From: Burkholderiales bacterium
GTDB taxonomy: Bacteria; Pseudomonadota; Gammaproteobacteria; Burkholderiales; Burkholderiaceae_D
Assembly (NCBI GenBank): GCA_039649305.1
Contig: JBBWZW010000106.1
Span: 1-53,452 of the forward strand
Direction: 5' to 3'
DNA: 53,452 bases
The notes beneath the pieces were generated by a model, which was not told where the DNA came from, did no database searches, and saw only the letters and a program-made list of their open reading frames with translations. Of this stretch, positions 24,336 through 34,096 are shown one piece after another (position 1 is the stretch's first letter; every line of letters begins with the position of its first letter). A program made the position numbers and the translations under genes.

Positions 24336-24701
24336 TTATCCGAGCGCGGCGATCTTCGCCAGCAATTCCTGCGGATCGACCGGCTTGACGATGTAGTCAC
24401 GGGCACCCTGGCGCAGACCCCAGATGCGGTCAGTCTCCTGGCCCTTGCTGGTGCAAATGATGATCGGCACGTCTTCCGTTTCCGGATCACGTGAGATGGC
24501 GCGGGTGATCTGGAATCCGTTCTGCCCCGGCATCACGACGTCCATCAGGATGAGTTGCGGCTTGTCCGCCTTTACCTTGAGCAGTGCCTCTTCACCGTTT
24601 TCAGCGGTGGACACGGAAAAACCGTTCTTGATCAGGATATCGGTAAGGAAGTAGCGTTCAGTCGGGGAATCATCAACTACGAGAACTTTTTGTATGGCCA
24701 T
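24336..24701 (-). CDS. pilH: PilH single-domain response regulator
   Basis: VDDSPTE, MDVVMPGQNGFQITR and TSKGQETDRIWGLRQGA. Confidence 0.93.
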   Translation of the reverse strand: MAIQKVLVVDDSPTERYFLTDILIKNGFSVSTAENGEEALLKVKADKPQLILMDVVMPGQNGFQITRAISRDPETEDVPIIICTSKGQETDRIWGLRQGARDYIVKPVDPQELLAKIAALG

Positions 24702-24718
24702 CATGAACCTCGGCGAAA

Positions 24719-25120
24719 TTACTTGGGAAGCGCTTGAGCGGTATGCTCGCGCACGGTCTTGAGCAGGCTGTCCTTCGTAAAGGGCTTGGTCAGGTACGCG
24801 TCAGACCCGACCATCGCGCCGCGTGCGCGGTCGAACAGTCCGTCCTTGGACGACAACATGATTACGGGAGTCGCGCTGAACTTCGCGCTCTTTTTGATAA
24901 GCGCACAGGTTTGATAACCGTCCAACCTTGGCATGAGGATGTCGCAGAAAATCAAAGCTGGCTTGTGGTCGTTCATTTTTGCCAGTGCATCGAACCCGTC
25001 ATCTGCGAGGACGACCTGGTAGCCTGCCTGGCCCAGAAAAATCTCTGCAGAACGACGAATGGTGCTGCTATCGTCAATCACCATTATCTTGATACTGGCG
25101 TTGTCCTGTGCTGTTGTCAT
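24719..25120 (-). CDS. pilG: PilG single-domain response regulator
   Basis: IDDSSTIRRSAE, DILMPRLDGYQTCALIK and LSSKDGLFDRARG. Confidence 0.95.
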   Translation of the reverse strand: MTTAQDNASIKIMVIDDSSTIRRSAEIFLGQAGYQVVLADDGFDALAKMNDHKPALIFCDILMPRLDGYQTCALIKKSAKFSATPVIMLSSKDGLFDRARGAMVGSDAYLTKPFTKDSLLKTVREHTAQALPK

Positions 25121-25242
25121 GACGTGTTCTCAGTAAGCGTCTGTCCAATATACGGCGCAACTGTAACATTAAGCAAGATGCTTTAGAACAACGCGCCGCT
25201 TGGGTTTCCCGTCAACGTGGTTTTTCTGCGAAAGTTGCAGGC

Positions 25243-25251
25243 ATTATAACA
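25243..25251 (-). promoter_or_regulatory. Extended -10 promoter element for the pilG operon
   Basis: Minus strand reads TGTTATAAT (perfect TGnTATAAT), about 120 nt upstream of the pilG ATG in an AT-rich stretch. Confidence 0.6.
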
Positions 25252-25276
25252 TTGACAACAATATAATTACTCACTC

Positions 25277-25492
25277 TCAGATAGTCACCATCTCGAAATC
25301 TTCCTTGCGCGCACCACACTCGGGACAAGTCCAGTTCATCGGCACATCGTTCCAGCGCGTGCCGGGCGCGATGCCCTCTTCAGGCAAACCAGCTTCTTCG
25401 TCGTAAATCCATCCGCAAATCAAACACATCCAGGTTTTGAATTCCACGTTCGTCGTTTCGTTAGTACTCACAGTTGACTGCCCTTCAATCAA
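25277..25492 (-). CDS. Rubredoxin
   Basis: WMCLICGWIYDE..G..EEGIAPGTRW..VP..WTCPECG; start uncertain (TTG 25492 or a downstream GTG). Confidence 0.93.
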   Translation of the reverse strand: MIEGQSTVSTNETTNVEFKTWMCLICGWIYDEEAGLPEEGIAPGTRWNDVPMNWTCPECGARKEDFEMVTI

Positions 25493-25528
25493 GTAAAATG
25501 CAAAGTCAGATATCTTAATCTACCCGCC

Positions 25529-26362
25529 GTGCAAAACCAATCTTCCCCGCTCATTCTGACATTCGGCGCTGCCGACCCGGTCGGCGCATTTGGCATTCAG
25601 GCCGATCTCGCTTCGTTCGCCGCAATGGGTTGTCACGGGTTATCCGTCATCACCTCCATCCTGATCGGTGACACAGCACGCATTGAAGACATACAAGTCA
25701 TCGATGCGGACTGGGTCTCGGACCAGGCCCGCGTGGTGTTGGAAGACATGCCCGTCGCAGCCTTCAAGGTGGGCGCCGTCGGCAGCATCGAAAACGTATC
25801 CGTCATTGCGGAAATCATCTCGGATTACCCCGACGTTCCGTTGATACTCGACCCTTTCCTGTCTGCCATGCCCGATCAGGGCTCGGACAGCGAGGACATG
25901 CTGATCGCGATACGCGAACTGCTGATCCCGCAGGCCACGATATTCCTGGCGTCGGCCGTCGAGCTGTCGCGGCTTGCGGAAACCTGGCGCGAAGCATCGG
26001 CCGAGGACACTATGGCGGTCGATGCGATGCGCATCATCGACATGGGTTGCGAATACCTGTTCTTGACCGGCACGCCAGGCGACGTCCACGACGTCACCAA
26101 TGCACTGTTTGATGATTCCGGCATGGTGCGGCAGGATACATGGCAGCGCTTGCCCGGATCCTTCAGCGGTGCGGGCAGTACCCTGTCGGCGACCATCGCG
26201 GCCATGCTTGCAAACGGGGTCGACGTACCCGAGGCGGTGTTTGAAGCGCAGGAATTCACCCATGCGTCGCTGGTCAACGCACACCGTCTGGGCATGGGCA
26301 AATTCACTCCGGACCGCTATTTCTGGGCACGCGATTCCGACGAAGACGGTTCCAATCCATAA
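25529..26362 (+). CDS. ThiD-like HMP/HMP-P kinase family protein (divergent)
   Basis: DPVGAFGIQAD, AFKVG, ILDP and GAGSTLSA; upstream of hemL. Confidence 0.8.
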   Translation: MQNQSSPLILTFGAADPVGAFGIQADLASFAAMGCHGLSVITSILIGDTARIEDIQVIDADWVSDQARVVLEDMPVAAFKVGAVGSIENVSVIAEIISDYPDVPLILDPFLSAMPDQGSDSEDMLIAIRELLIPQATIFLASAVELSRLAETWREASAEDTMAVDAMRIIDMGCEYLFLTGTPGDVHDVTNALFDDSGMVRQDTWQRLPGSFSGAGSTLSATIAAMLANGVDVPEAVFEAQEFTHASLVNAHRLGMGKFTPDRYFWARDSDEDGSNP

Positions 26363-26383
26363 TTCTTTTCCCGGGCTTTACGT

Positions 26384-27667
26384 ATGACTTCCAAGAACGA
26401 CACTCTATTTGCTCGCGCGCAGATCGGCACGCCGGGCGGCGTCAACTCACCGGTTCGCGCCTTTCGCTCGGTCGGCGGCACACCGCGCTTCATCACCCGC
26501 GCGGAAGGCGCCTGGTTCTGGGATGCGGACGACAAGCGCTATATCGATTACATCGGTTCATGGGGACCGATGATCCTCGGCCATTCGCATCCAACCGTAG
26601 TAAAGGCGGTGCAAGAAGCAGCCGCAAGAGGCTTGAGTTTCGGCGCGCCCACCGAGGGCGAAATCGAAATGGCGGAAGAAATCTGCCGCCTGCTGCCGTC
26701 GATCGAACAGGTGCGTCTGGTATCGAGCGGCACGGAAGCCGCCATGAGCGCGTTGCGCCTGGCGCGCGGTGCAACGGGACGCGACAAGATTATCAAGTTC
26801 GAAGGCTGCTATCACGGCCACGCCGATTCCCTGTTGGTGAAGGCGGGCAGCGGGCTGCTCACGTTCGGCAACCCGACTTCAGCCGGCGTACCCGAAGATT
26901 TTGCCAAACACACCGTGGTGCTCGACTACAACAACCCGCAGCAGCTCGAAGACGCATTCAGGGAGATGGGTAGCACGATTGCCTGTGTGATCGTGGAACC
27001 CGTAGCAGGCAACATGAACCTGGTGCGGCCGACGCCCGAATTCCTGCAGGCCATGCGCCGCCTTTGCACACAGCATGGCGCGCTGCTCATTTTCGATGAG
27101 GTGATGTCGGGATTCCGGGTCGCGCTCGGCGGCGCGCAAACGCTGTATGACACTAAGCCGGACCTCACCGTACTCGGGAAAGTTATCGGCGGCGGGATGC
27201 CGGTTGCCGCGTTTGGCGGGCGGGCCGACATCATGAAATACCTGGCGCCGCTGGGACCGGTTTACCAGGCCGGTACGCTGTCGGGAAATCCAGTCGCTGT
27301 TGCGGCCGGCATGAGTACCCTCAAACTGATCCAGGCGCCCGGCTTTTACGAGTCGCTCTCTGCGCAAACGGCAAAGCTGGCGCAAGGCCTGTCCAGCGCG
27401 GCGAGGGATGAAGGGGTTACCTTCTGCGCCGATTCAGTCGGCGGAATGTTCGGGCTGTATTTTGCGAACGAGGTCCCGGCAACCTACGCCGCGGTAATGG
27501 GCTGTGACAAAGAGAAGTTCAACCGGTTCTTCCATGCGATGCTGGACCAGGGCGTGTATCTTGCGCCTTCTGCATTTGAAGCCGGTTTCGTCTCGGCGCG
27601 GCACGATGATGCGGTGATCGATGCGACGATCAGTGCGGCGCGCAAGGCGTTTGCTGCATTGGGTTGA
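26384..27667 (+). CDS. hemL: Glutamate-1-semialdehyde 2,1-aminomutase
   Basis: [42 protein letters not shown] and [10 protein letters not shown]. Confidence 0.98.
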   Translation: MTSKNDTLFARAQIGTPGGVNSPVRAFRSVGGTPRFITRAEGAWFWDADDKRYIDYIGSWGPMILGHSHPTVVKAVQEAAARGLSFGAPTEGEIEMAEEICRLLPSIEQVRLVSSGTEAAMSALRLARGATGRDKIIKFEGCYHGHADSLLVKAGSGLLTFGNPTSAGVPEDFAKHTVVLDYNNPQQLEDAFREMGSTIACVIVEPVAGNMNLVRPTPEFLQAMRRLCTQHGALLIFDEVMSGFRVALGGAQTLYDTKPDLTVLGKVIGGGMPVAAFGGRADIMKYLAPLGPVYQAGTLSGNPVAVAAGMSTLKLIQAPGFYESLSAQTAKLAQGLSSAARDEGVTFCADSVGGMFGLYFANEVPATYAAVMGCDKEKFNRFFHAMLDQGVYLAPSAFEAGFVSARHDDAVIDATISAARKAFAALG

Positions 27668-27676
27668 TCCATCAGG

Positions 27677-27710
27677 CGATGTCCGGTCGCGCGAGGGCTA
27701 CCGGACATCG
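27677..27710. terminator. Hairpin between convergent hemL and corA (possible terminator)
   Basis: CGATGTCCGGT...ACCGGACATCG 11-bp inverted repeat; no clear U tract. Confidence 0.5.
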
Positions 27711-27716
27711 GAGTGG

Positions 27717-28679
27717 TTATAACCAGCCGCGTCGCCGGAAATACCAGAACGGGCCTATCGCGCTGGCCACCATCAACGCCAGCGCAAACGGATAGCCGAA
27801 ATTCCAGTCCAGCTCCGGCAGCAGCTTGAAGTTCATGCCGTAGATGCTGGCAATCAGCGTCGGCGGCAGGAAAGCGACCGAAGCGACCGAGAAAATCTTG
27901 ATGATCTTGTTCTGGTTGATGTTAATGAAACCGACGGTCGCATCCATCAGGAAGTTGATCTTATCGAACAGGAATGATGTGTGGCTGTCGAGGGATTCGA
28001 TGTCGCGCAGGATTTGCCGCCCCTCTTCGAACTGATCCGAATTCAACAGGCGGCCGCGCATCAGGAAGCTGACCGCACGCCGCGTATCCATCATGTTGCG
28101 GCGGATGCGGCCATTCAAGTCCTCTTCGCGCGCAATGGCAGTCAGCACCTCGGCAGCATCCTGATCGCTCAGCTCGTTTTGCAGCACACTGCGGCTGACT
28201 TCTTCCAGGCTCTGGTATATGCCTTCCAACGCATCGGCGGAGTACTCTGCGTCCGTCGCATACAAATCGAGCAGCACGTCCTTGTAATCGGCAATCGAAC
28301 CGGGCCTTGAACGCGCGCGCATGCGCACCAGCCGGAACACCGGCAAATCGTCGGCATGCACCGAGAACAGCATGTTCTTGGTCAGGATGAAGGCGACGGT
28401 GACCACCCTCGACTGGCCGTCCTCTTCTTCAAGCAGGAAATCGGTACGCAAATGGAGGTCGCCGTTTTCGGCCTCGTAGTAACGGGCCGATGCTTCAATG
28501 TCTTTCACTTCGTCTTCGCCGGGCAGCGTGACACCGTAAATGCTTTTGACCCAGGCGCGTTCTTCGTCGTTGGGGTCGGTGAGGTCAACCCAGATGGGCT
28601 GGAGCTTCTCCAGGTCACTGCGGCTTTCGATATTGACCTGGTTCAGCCGCCCATTCTGCAAGACGAATACATTGATCAT
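27717..28679 (-). CDS. corA: Magnesium/cobalt transporter CorA
   Basis: DIEASARY, RDIESL, KINFLMDA..G.ININQN and SIYGMNF signature with two C-terminal TM segments; ATG 28679 after GGAGAG. Confidence 0.96.
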   Translation of the reverse strand: MINVFVLQNGRLNQVNIESRSDLEKLQPIWVDLTDPNDEERAWVKSIYGVTLPGEDEVKDIEASARYYEAENGDLHLRTDFLLEEEDGQSRVVTVAFILTKNMLFSVHADDLPVFRLVRMRARSRPGSIADYKDVLLDLYATDAEYSADALEGIYQSLEEVSRSVLQNELSDQDAAEVLTAIAREEDLNGRIRRNMMDTRRAVSFLMRGRLLNSDQFEEGRQILRDIESLDSHTSFLFDKINFLMDATVGFININQNKIIKIFSVASVAFLPPTLIASIYGMNFKLLPELDWNFGYPFALALMVASAIGPFWYFRRRGWL

Positions 28680-28857
28680 GTGCTCTCCGGGCCGCGCGCC
28701 TGTCGGCAGACGCACAGCCATTGCCGCAGACGCTCGTCCGCGGCTGATTTATCTTTTGGGAACGCGGCCATGAGATTGGCCTGGACGCGCCCGCCCACCA
28801 GCAATTGTGGCGAGAGGCGCATTAAGGACGCATGCGTTTAAGCTTGCAGATAAGGCG

Positions 28858-28914
28858 CTATCTCGCCGAATAACCGTCGCATGACGGTCGACAGTGTGTA
28901 CTAGGGCTACCCAA
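28858..28914 (-). CDS. Candidate corA leader peptide (CorL/YsgD-like), MGSPSTHCRPSCDGYSAR
   Basis: TTG start at 28914 with GGAGA SD 6 nt upstream, 18 codons, TAG stop; lies between a sigma70 promoter and corA. Confidence 0.6.
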   Translation of the reverse strand: MGSPSTHCRPSCDGYSAR

Positions 28915-28943
28915 GACGGGTCTCCGGAAACGAAAACAGCGCA

Positions 28944-28972
28944 AGTGTACTTATATCGAGAAATACAGGCAA
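28944..28972 (-). promoter_or_regulatory. Sigma70 promoter for the corA leader
   Basis: TTGCCT (28972-28967), 17-bp spacer, TACACT (28949-28944). Confidence 0.65.
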
Positions 28973-29043
28973 GCATGGCGGCGGCCAACCATGAGTCAGC
29001 AGCTCCTTGAAACCGGAGGTATCAGCGGCGCGTGTCCTGGCGG

Positions 29044-29739
29044 TTAGGGCAGCTCAGCCGAACCCATGCGACGCAGGATAAGGCCGGTACGCCGCGCCAG
29101 GTAAGACGAGCCCCGATTCTTGTCATAGAAGCGCGGTTTGGGGAGCATGACCGCAAGCCGCGCGGCCTGGCTCGCGCTTAGTTGCGCGGCGGACACGCCG
29201 TAGTAGTGCAGGGCCGCGGCCTCGGCGCCGAACACCCCATTTCCCCATTCGACCACGTTGAGGTAAATCTCGAAAATGCGTTCCTTGTCCATCCAGTATT
29301 CGAGCATGTAGGTGATCACCACCTCCTGCCCCTTGCGCAGGTAGCTGCGGTCACCCGACAGAAACAGGTTCTTCGCGAGCTGCTGGGTAATGGTGGATCC
29401 GCCGGCAACCACCTTCCCCTTTTTCGTGTTCTTTTCCCAGGCTTTTTGCATCGCTTCCCAGTCGACGCCTTCATGCCCGGAAAAATTCGAATCCTCGGCC
29501 GCGATGATCGCGCGCTTGAGATTGTTCGAAATTCGGTTGTAGGGCACCCATTTGTGTTTCAGGCGGGCGTCCGGAGTCTTGTCGCGCAGGACAGAGAGTT
29601 GATGGCGCATGAAGCTGGTGCTTTCGGGGTTATGGTCTACCCACCACCAGATCTGCGCGAAAAAATAGGCCTGGAGCGCCAGCACGATGACGACCGGCGC
29701 GATCACGAGCCATAAAAACAGCTTCCGCAGGATTTTCAT
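29044..29739 (-). CDS. mtgA: Monofunctional peptidoglycan transglycosylase
   Basis: [30 protein letters not shown] and [10 protein letters not shown]; start ATG 29739. Confidence 0.95.
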   Translation of the reverse strand: MKILRKLFLWLVIAPVVIVLALQAYFFAQIWWWVDHNPESTSFMRHQLSVLRDKTPDARLKHKWVPYNRISNNLKRAIIAAEDSNFSGHEGVDWEAMQKAWEKNTKKGKVVAGGSTITQQLAKNLFLSGDRSYLRKGQEVVITYMLEYWMDKERIFEIYLNVVEWGNGVFGAEAAALHYYGVSAAQLSASQAARLAVMLPKPRFYDKNRGSSYLARRTGLILRRMGSAELP

Positions 29740-29743
29740 TCGG

Positions 29744-30556
29744 TTAGAGCTTGGCGCGCAATTCTGCGAACACCGGCGCGGTATCCGGGCGCACTCCGCG
29801 CCACACATGGAACGATTCCGCCGCCTGCTCCACCAGCATCCCGAGGCCGTCGCGAACTGTCGCGCCGTGTTGCGCCGCAAAGCGCATGAACACGGTAGGC
29901 CCCTTCCCATACATCATGTCGTAGGCGAGCGTGTTCGTACCGATCGTAGTGGACGGGATCGGCGGCACATCAGCAGCAAGACTCGCGGAAGTGGCATTGA
30001 CGATGATGTCGAACCGCCCGTCTGCAGCGGCAAAATCGGCGGCGCGCAAATTCCCCTGCGCGGCAAACTGCGTGGCCAGTTCGGCGGCCTTCGACAGCGT
30101 GCGGTTGGCGATGACCAGTTCGGCAGGCTCTTCGTTCAGCAACGGCAAAAGCGCACCGCGTGCCGCACCACCCGCCCCAAGCAACAACACGCGGGCGCCG
30201 CGGAGCGCTACACCGGCATTGCGCATGACGTCTGCAACCAGGCCCATGCCGTCGGTGTTATCGCCCAGAATGGTATCGCCATCGAACTTGAGGGTATTGA
30301 CCGCGCCGGCTGCACGCGCACGCGCAGTCAACGTGGTCGCCAATGCGTGGGCGTCGAGCTTGAAAGGGACTGTCACATTGGCGCCCTTCCCGCCTTGCGC
30401 GATAAATGCCCGTACGGTGTCCGCAAATCCTTCCAGCGGCGCGAGCAGGCAGTCGTACGTCAAATCCTGGTTCGTTTGCGCGGCAAAGCGCGCATGGATG
30501 TCCGGGGATTTGCTGTGAGCAATCGGATTCCCTATGACTGCATAGCGATCAGTCAT
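29744..30556 (-). CDS. aroE: Shikimate dehydrogenase
   Basis: [35 protein letters not shown] and [10 protein letters not shown]; start ATG 30556. Confidence 0.96.
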   Translation of the reverse strand: MTDRYAVIGNPIAHSKSPDIHARFAAQTNQDLTYDCLLAPLEGFADTVRAFIAQGGKGANVTVPFKLDAHALATTLTARARAAGAVNTLKFDGDTILGDNTDGMGLVADVMRNAGVALRGARVLLLGAGGAARGALLPLLNEEPAELVIANRTLSKAAELATQFAAQGNLRAADFAAADGRFDIIVNATSASLAADVPPIPSTTIGTNTLAYDMMYGKGPTVFMRFAAQHGATVRDGLGMLVEQAAESFHVWRGVRPDTAPVFAELRAKL

Positions 30557-30561
30557 GTCGT

Positions 30562-31455
30562 TCAATTCCCGGGAGCCTGCAATTTGGTCTCGATCCCGCC
30601 GTCGCGCGTAAACCTGAAATTGGTGACCAGGACCCACACATCGTCCTTGCCGGCCGTTCGCATATTCTTCGGGAACCTGCCGAACGGCGCCGAGCTACGT
30701 ACGATGCGTTTGGCCGCCTCATCCAGCGCCGGATTGCCGGACGACTTGTTGACGGTCATGCCGCCTTCTCTGTCATAGAGGGTGCCGTCATGGAAAATAG
30801 GGATCGAGATCACCAACTCACCATACAGCTTTTTACCGTCTTTTTGAGGAAAGTTGAGCGTTCCCATTTTCTCGATGCGCTGGCGCAGCGAGTCATAGTA
30901 CATCGCGTAACCGGCTTCCCTGGTGCTGGGCGAAATAAAGGTTTTCTTCGGACGCTTGTTGTAATCCTCAATTTGCTTGTGGATCTCCGCTTCCCGACGC
31001 CGGATCTCTTTCGCGCTATCGGCGACATCGGCGCCATTGGGCTGTGGCTGCACATCCTTCGGGTTCACGATATCTTCTGAGCTTGCCAGCAGCGAGGGTG
31101 ACTTCTTGTGTATCTGGGCCAGCATGCGCTGCTGTTTTTCCAGCTCTTCGATACGGCGCTGCATCGCTTTCAGGCTGTCGCCGTCCTCGCTCCTGCGCAT
31201 GTCCGGCAGCGGCGACTTCGCTCGTCCGGCGTCCGCATTGCCGCCGCCGTCGAGGTTCGCCTGGGCGATGGCATCGGCCTTGAGCGGCGCCTTGGCATGT
31301 TTGGAATTGACCAGGATGACTTCAAGCCCGGGATCGGTGGGCTTGAACTTGAATGTATCCGGCGGGGCAAAACGCACCGCCAGCAGTGCGCCATGGGCCA
31401 GTACCGACGCGGCAATGGCAATGGAGAGGGTGCGGTTTTGAAGGACTAACTTCAC
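30562..31455 (-). CDS. TonB-family protein (TonB3-like)
   Basis: N-terminal TM with S-x3-H (SVLAH), KAP.KAD..AQAN..GGG and C-terminal [13 protein letters not shown]...APF. Confidence 0.8.
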   Translation of the reverse strand: MKLVLQNRTLSIAIAASVLAHGALLAVRFAPPDTFKFKPTDPGLEVILVNSKHAKAPLKADAIAQANLDGGGNADAGRAKSPLPDMRRSEDGDSLKAMQRRIEELEKQQRMLAQIHKKSPSLLASSEDIVNPKDVQPQPNGADVADSAKEIRRREAEIHKQIEDYNKRPKKTFISPSTREAGYAMYYDSLRQRIEKMGTLNFPQKDGKKLYGELVISIPIFHDGTLYDREGGMTVNKSSGNPALDEAAKRIVRSSAPFGRFPKNMRTAGKDDVWVLVTNFRFTRDGGIETKLQAPGN

Positions 31456-31535
31456 GCGAAGAATACAGGCGGTTGCAGAAGGAGTGAATTTTACGATAAA
31501 GCCCGCGGGTTTTTAGACGAACTTTTCATACACCG

Positions 31536-33503
31536 TCACTCCGGCACCGATTCTGCATCCGTCTCGCTCTCCGCTGTGGTTATTTCGTCATTGCCGTCGG
31601 AGCCGGCAGTCGCCATCTCAAGCAGGCGCGCCTCAATGGTTAGGTCGATTTCATCCCATCGGATCAGGTCCAGCCTGACTTGCGTGCCGCGCGCGGCCTG
31701 TGGCATACCTGGCAACCTGATGATCAACGGGATGTCAACAAGACGCAACACTTCATCTTTCAGTACGACGGCATCGACCTGTCTGGCGTTTTCCTGGGTG
31801 AGCCAGCGCAGGCACCAGAAGCGCTCCATGTTCGACTGGAAATCGGCATAGGAAGCGTAAGCCGCATCGAATGCGGACACCACAGCGAACAGGTCGGCGT
31901 CCTTCGGCTTGAAAGGCGCCACCAGCGGCGCGGTCACACCGTGCTCGACGCAAGCAAGGATCTGCCACTGATTCACCAGGTCGGTGTAGCGCCTCAACGG
32001 CGAAGTGCTCCATGCATACTGATCAACGCCGAGGCCCTGATGGGGCGCGGCGTGGGTAACCATGCGAACCTGCATCTTGGCCGTCCAACCGCCGCTCCCG
32101 CCGCCCTGGGCGCGGTAGATACCCGGCACGCCATGGTCATGCATCAATTTGCCCCAGGTACTGTTGGCAAAGATCATCAGCTCCGCCACGATCTTGTCGA
32201 GCGGCGCACCGCGCTTGCGGCGTGCGATGGTCACCACGTCATCATCCACGTAGAAATTGAAGTCGACCCGGTTGGTCTGTTCCGGTCGCAAGCCGAAGCT
32301 TTCGCGTTTGGCCATGCGTCCTTGTTCCAGGATCTGGGCCCACTGCCAGATCAACGAAATATCGGCCTTGTGCGGATATTCGCCGGCGCCGGCGGAAAGA
32401 TTCTCTTCGGTCACCAGCGCATCGAGATCGTTGTGCCGCAGATTAGCTGCAATCGGCACGGCTTCGGCCCTGGTTTCGGTTGAGATGACCGACCAGTCTT
32501 TCGGATCGAGCGTGACATACAGCGACAGCGCCGGGCAGGTCCTGCCCTCTGCCAGAGTGAAGGCCTCCACCAGAGTGTCCGGCAGCATGGTGATTTTGTC
32601 ACCCGGCATATACACGGTCGACAGCCGCTGCCGCGCAATCGCATCGAGCGCATCGTCGCGCCGTATACCCAATGCGGGAGCGGCAATATGGATGCCGACC
32701 CGGACTTTGCCATCCGCCAGGGTAACGACGGAGAACGCGTCATCGATTTCAGTGGTCGTCACATCATCGATCGAGAACGCCTGCACATCGGCCACCGGCA
32801 GGACCGGCTCCGACGGCAGCGCGACCAGTGGAAAGCCGGTGCCTTTCGGGAATTGCTCAAACAGGAACTTCGACAGGTGCAGGTCTTTAGGCGACGCTAT
32901 GCCGCCTGCCGACACCATCATGCGTTGCGGCGTGAGTTGCAGCTCGTGGCATGCCTCGTCCAGCGCCTTGTATTCGATGCTGTTCTTGTCCGGCTTGAAA
33001 AGCAGTTGCAACGCCATCGCCTTTATTGCTTCGGGCAAACGGTTCGCTTTCAATTCAGCCACATATTCGGCCTGGACCAGCGCCTGTTGTTTTTTCTTTT
33101 CTATACCGGCCAGGGCGGCCTTGAGCGAGGCTTCCGGTGCCGCTTTGTAACGGCCTTTGCCTTTCTTGTAGAAATAGATCGGCGCGCCATGCAGCCTCAG
33201 CAGCAAGCCGGCAGCCTCATGTGGTTTGGGGTCATGGCCGAAATATTCCGTGCCGAGTTCCGCGAAGCCGAACTCCTCCTGCCCCGCGACTTCCCAGAGG
33301 AAGTCCAGGTCGATTTCATCGGCAATCGCTTGCGCAACCTTCAAAAAAGCGGCGGGCTCGGGGCTTGCGAACTGCAGCAGCACGTCTTTTGCCTTGACCT
33401 TCGTGCGCTTGCCGGTTTGCAGCTCGACCTGGTATGCCTCGCCTTGCTGAGACAAAACTGCGCCGGCTTTGAAGTCGCCGGATTCTTCAAAAAATAGATT
33501 CAT
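31536..33503 (-). CDS. Ribonuclease II/R family (RNB domain) exoribonuclease
   Basis: FSIDD...EIDDAFS, IHIA, TVYMPG, VAELMI.AN and TSPLRRYTDL. Confidence 0.92.
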   Translation of the reverse strand: MNLFFEESGDFKAGAVLSQQGEAYQVELQTGKRTKVKAKDVLLQFASPEPAAFLKVAQAIADEIDLDFLWEVAGQEEFGFAELGTEYFGHDPKPHEAAGLLLRLHGAPIYFYKKGKGRYKAAPEASLKAALAGIEKKKQQALVQAEYVAELKANRLPEAIKAMALQLLFKPDKNSIEYKALDEACHELQLTPQRMMVSAGGIASPKDLHLSKFLFEQFPKGTGFPLVALPSEPVLPVADVQAFSIDDVTTTEIDDAFSVVTLADGKVRVGIHIAAPALGIRRDDALDAIARQRLSTVYMPGDKITMLPDTLVEAFTLAEGRTCPALSLYVTLDPKDWSVISTETRAEAVPIAANLRHNDLDALVTEENLSAGAGEYPHKADISLIWQWAQILEQGRMAKRESFGLRPEQTNRVDFNFYVDDDVVTIARRKRGAPLDKIVAELMIFANSTWGKLMHDHGVPGIYRAQGGGSGGWTAKMQVRMVTHAAPHQGLGVDQYAWSTSPLRRYTDLVNQWQILACVEHGVTAPLVAPFKPKDADLFAVVSAFDAAYASYADFQSNMERFWCLRWLTQENARQVDAVVLKDEVLRLVDIPLIIRLPGMPQAARGTQVRLDLIRWDEIDLTIEARLLEMATAGSDGNDEITTAESETDAESVPE

Positions 33504-34096
33504 CAAATACTTTGCTTGTTAGTTTCTTTCATGCCCGTTCGACGCGCATCCATCATTTCATGCATCGCCGGCAGGAACACTTCGGTGACGAGCAGCACGC
33601 CGTTATTGCGCCTGTATGTACATCGCCGCGCATATAACGGTTGCCTTATCCCGCCGACTGCAGCCGAAGCGCGCCGCACCAGCGGATGTTGCGCCTTCAG
33701 GTGCGCGAACTGCAATGCACCTCGCGTTACGCGCGGATCGCCGAACAAGGTCGTACCGAGCGAGCGCTCACCCAGGCGGCCGAAGAACGGCCAGTCGGAT
33801 GCAGTGGCGCTTAAAGGCAAAATCGTGTGCGCAAATACCATAGGGCACCCGTCACACTGCAACAATACTTCACGCTCCTGCACGCGACAACGCCGCGCAA
33901 GGCCTGCTTCTTCAAATTCATCCGCCAGGCACAGGCTGTGCTCCTGGCGTAAACGCCGTATGCGGAACTGGCTGCTGACGGCCGTCAATTTCATCGTAAG
34001 CGAAGCCGTGTCGGTTAGCCAGGCGCGCATTTCAGGCGACGGCTTGACGCCGTTCACGTGCAAATACCAGTGCGCCTGACTTACCGATCGCGACAT
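33503..34096 (-). CDS. ubiC: Chorismate pyruvate-lyase
   Basis: WL....SLT, REVLL, LG.RSLG..LF, ARR and LLVTEVFLP. Confidence 0.88.
   Translation of the reverse strand: MSRSVSQAHWYLHVNGVKPSPEMRAWLTDTASLTMKLTAVSSQFRIRRLRQEHSLCLADEFEEAGLARRCRVQEREVLLQCDGCPMVFAHTILPLSATASDWPFFGRLGERSLGTTLFGDPRVTRGALQFAHLKAQHPLVRRASAAVGGIRQPLYARRCTYRRNNGVLLVTEVFLPAMHEMMDARRTGMKETNKQSI

Noticed and set aside
28749-28988. 79-aa minus-strand ORF upstream of corA
   Set aside because: It starts upstream of the predicted promoter, lacks an SD and has no motif; the 18-codon ORF in another frame has far better initiation signals.
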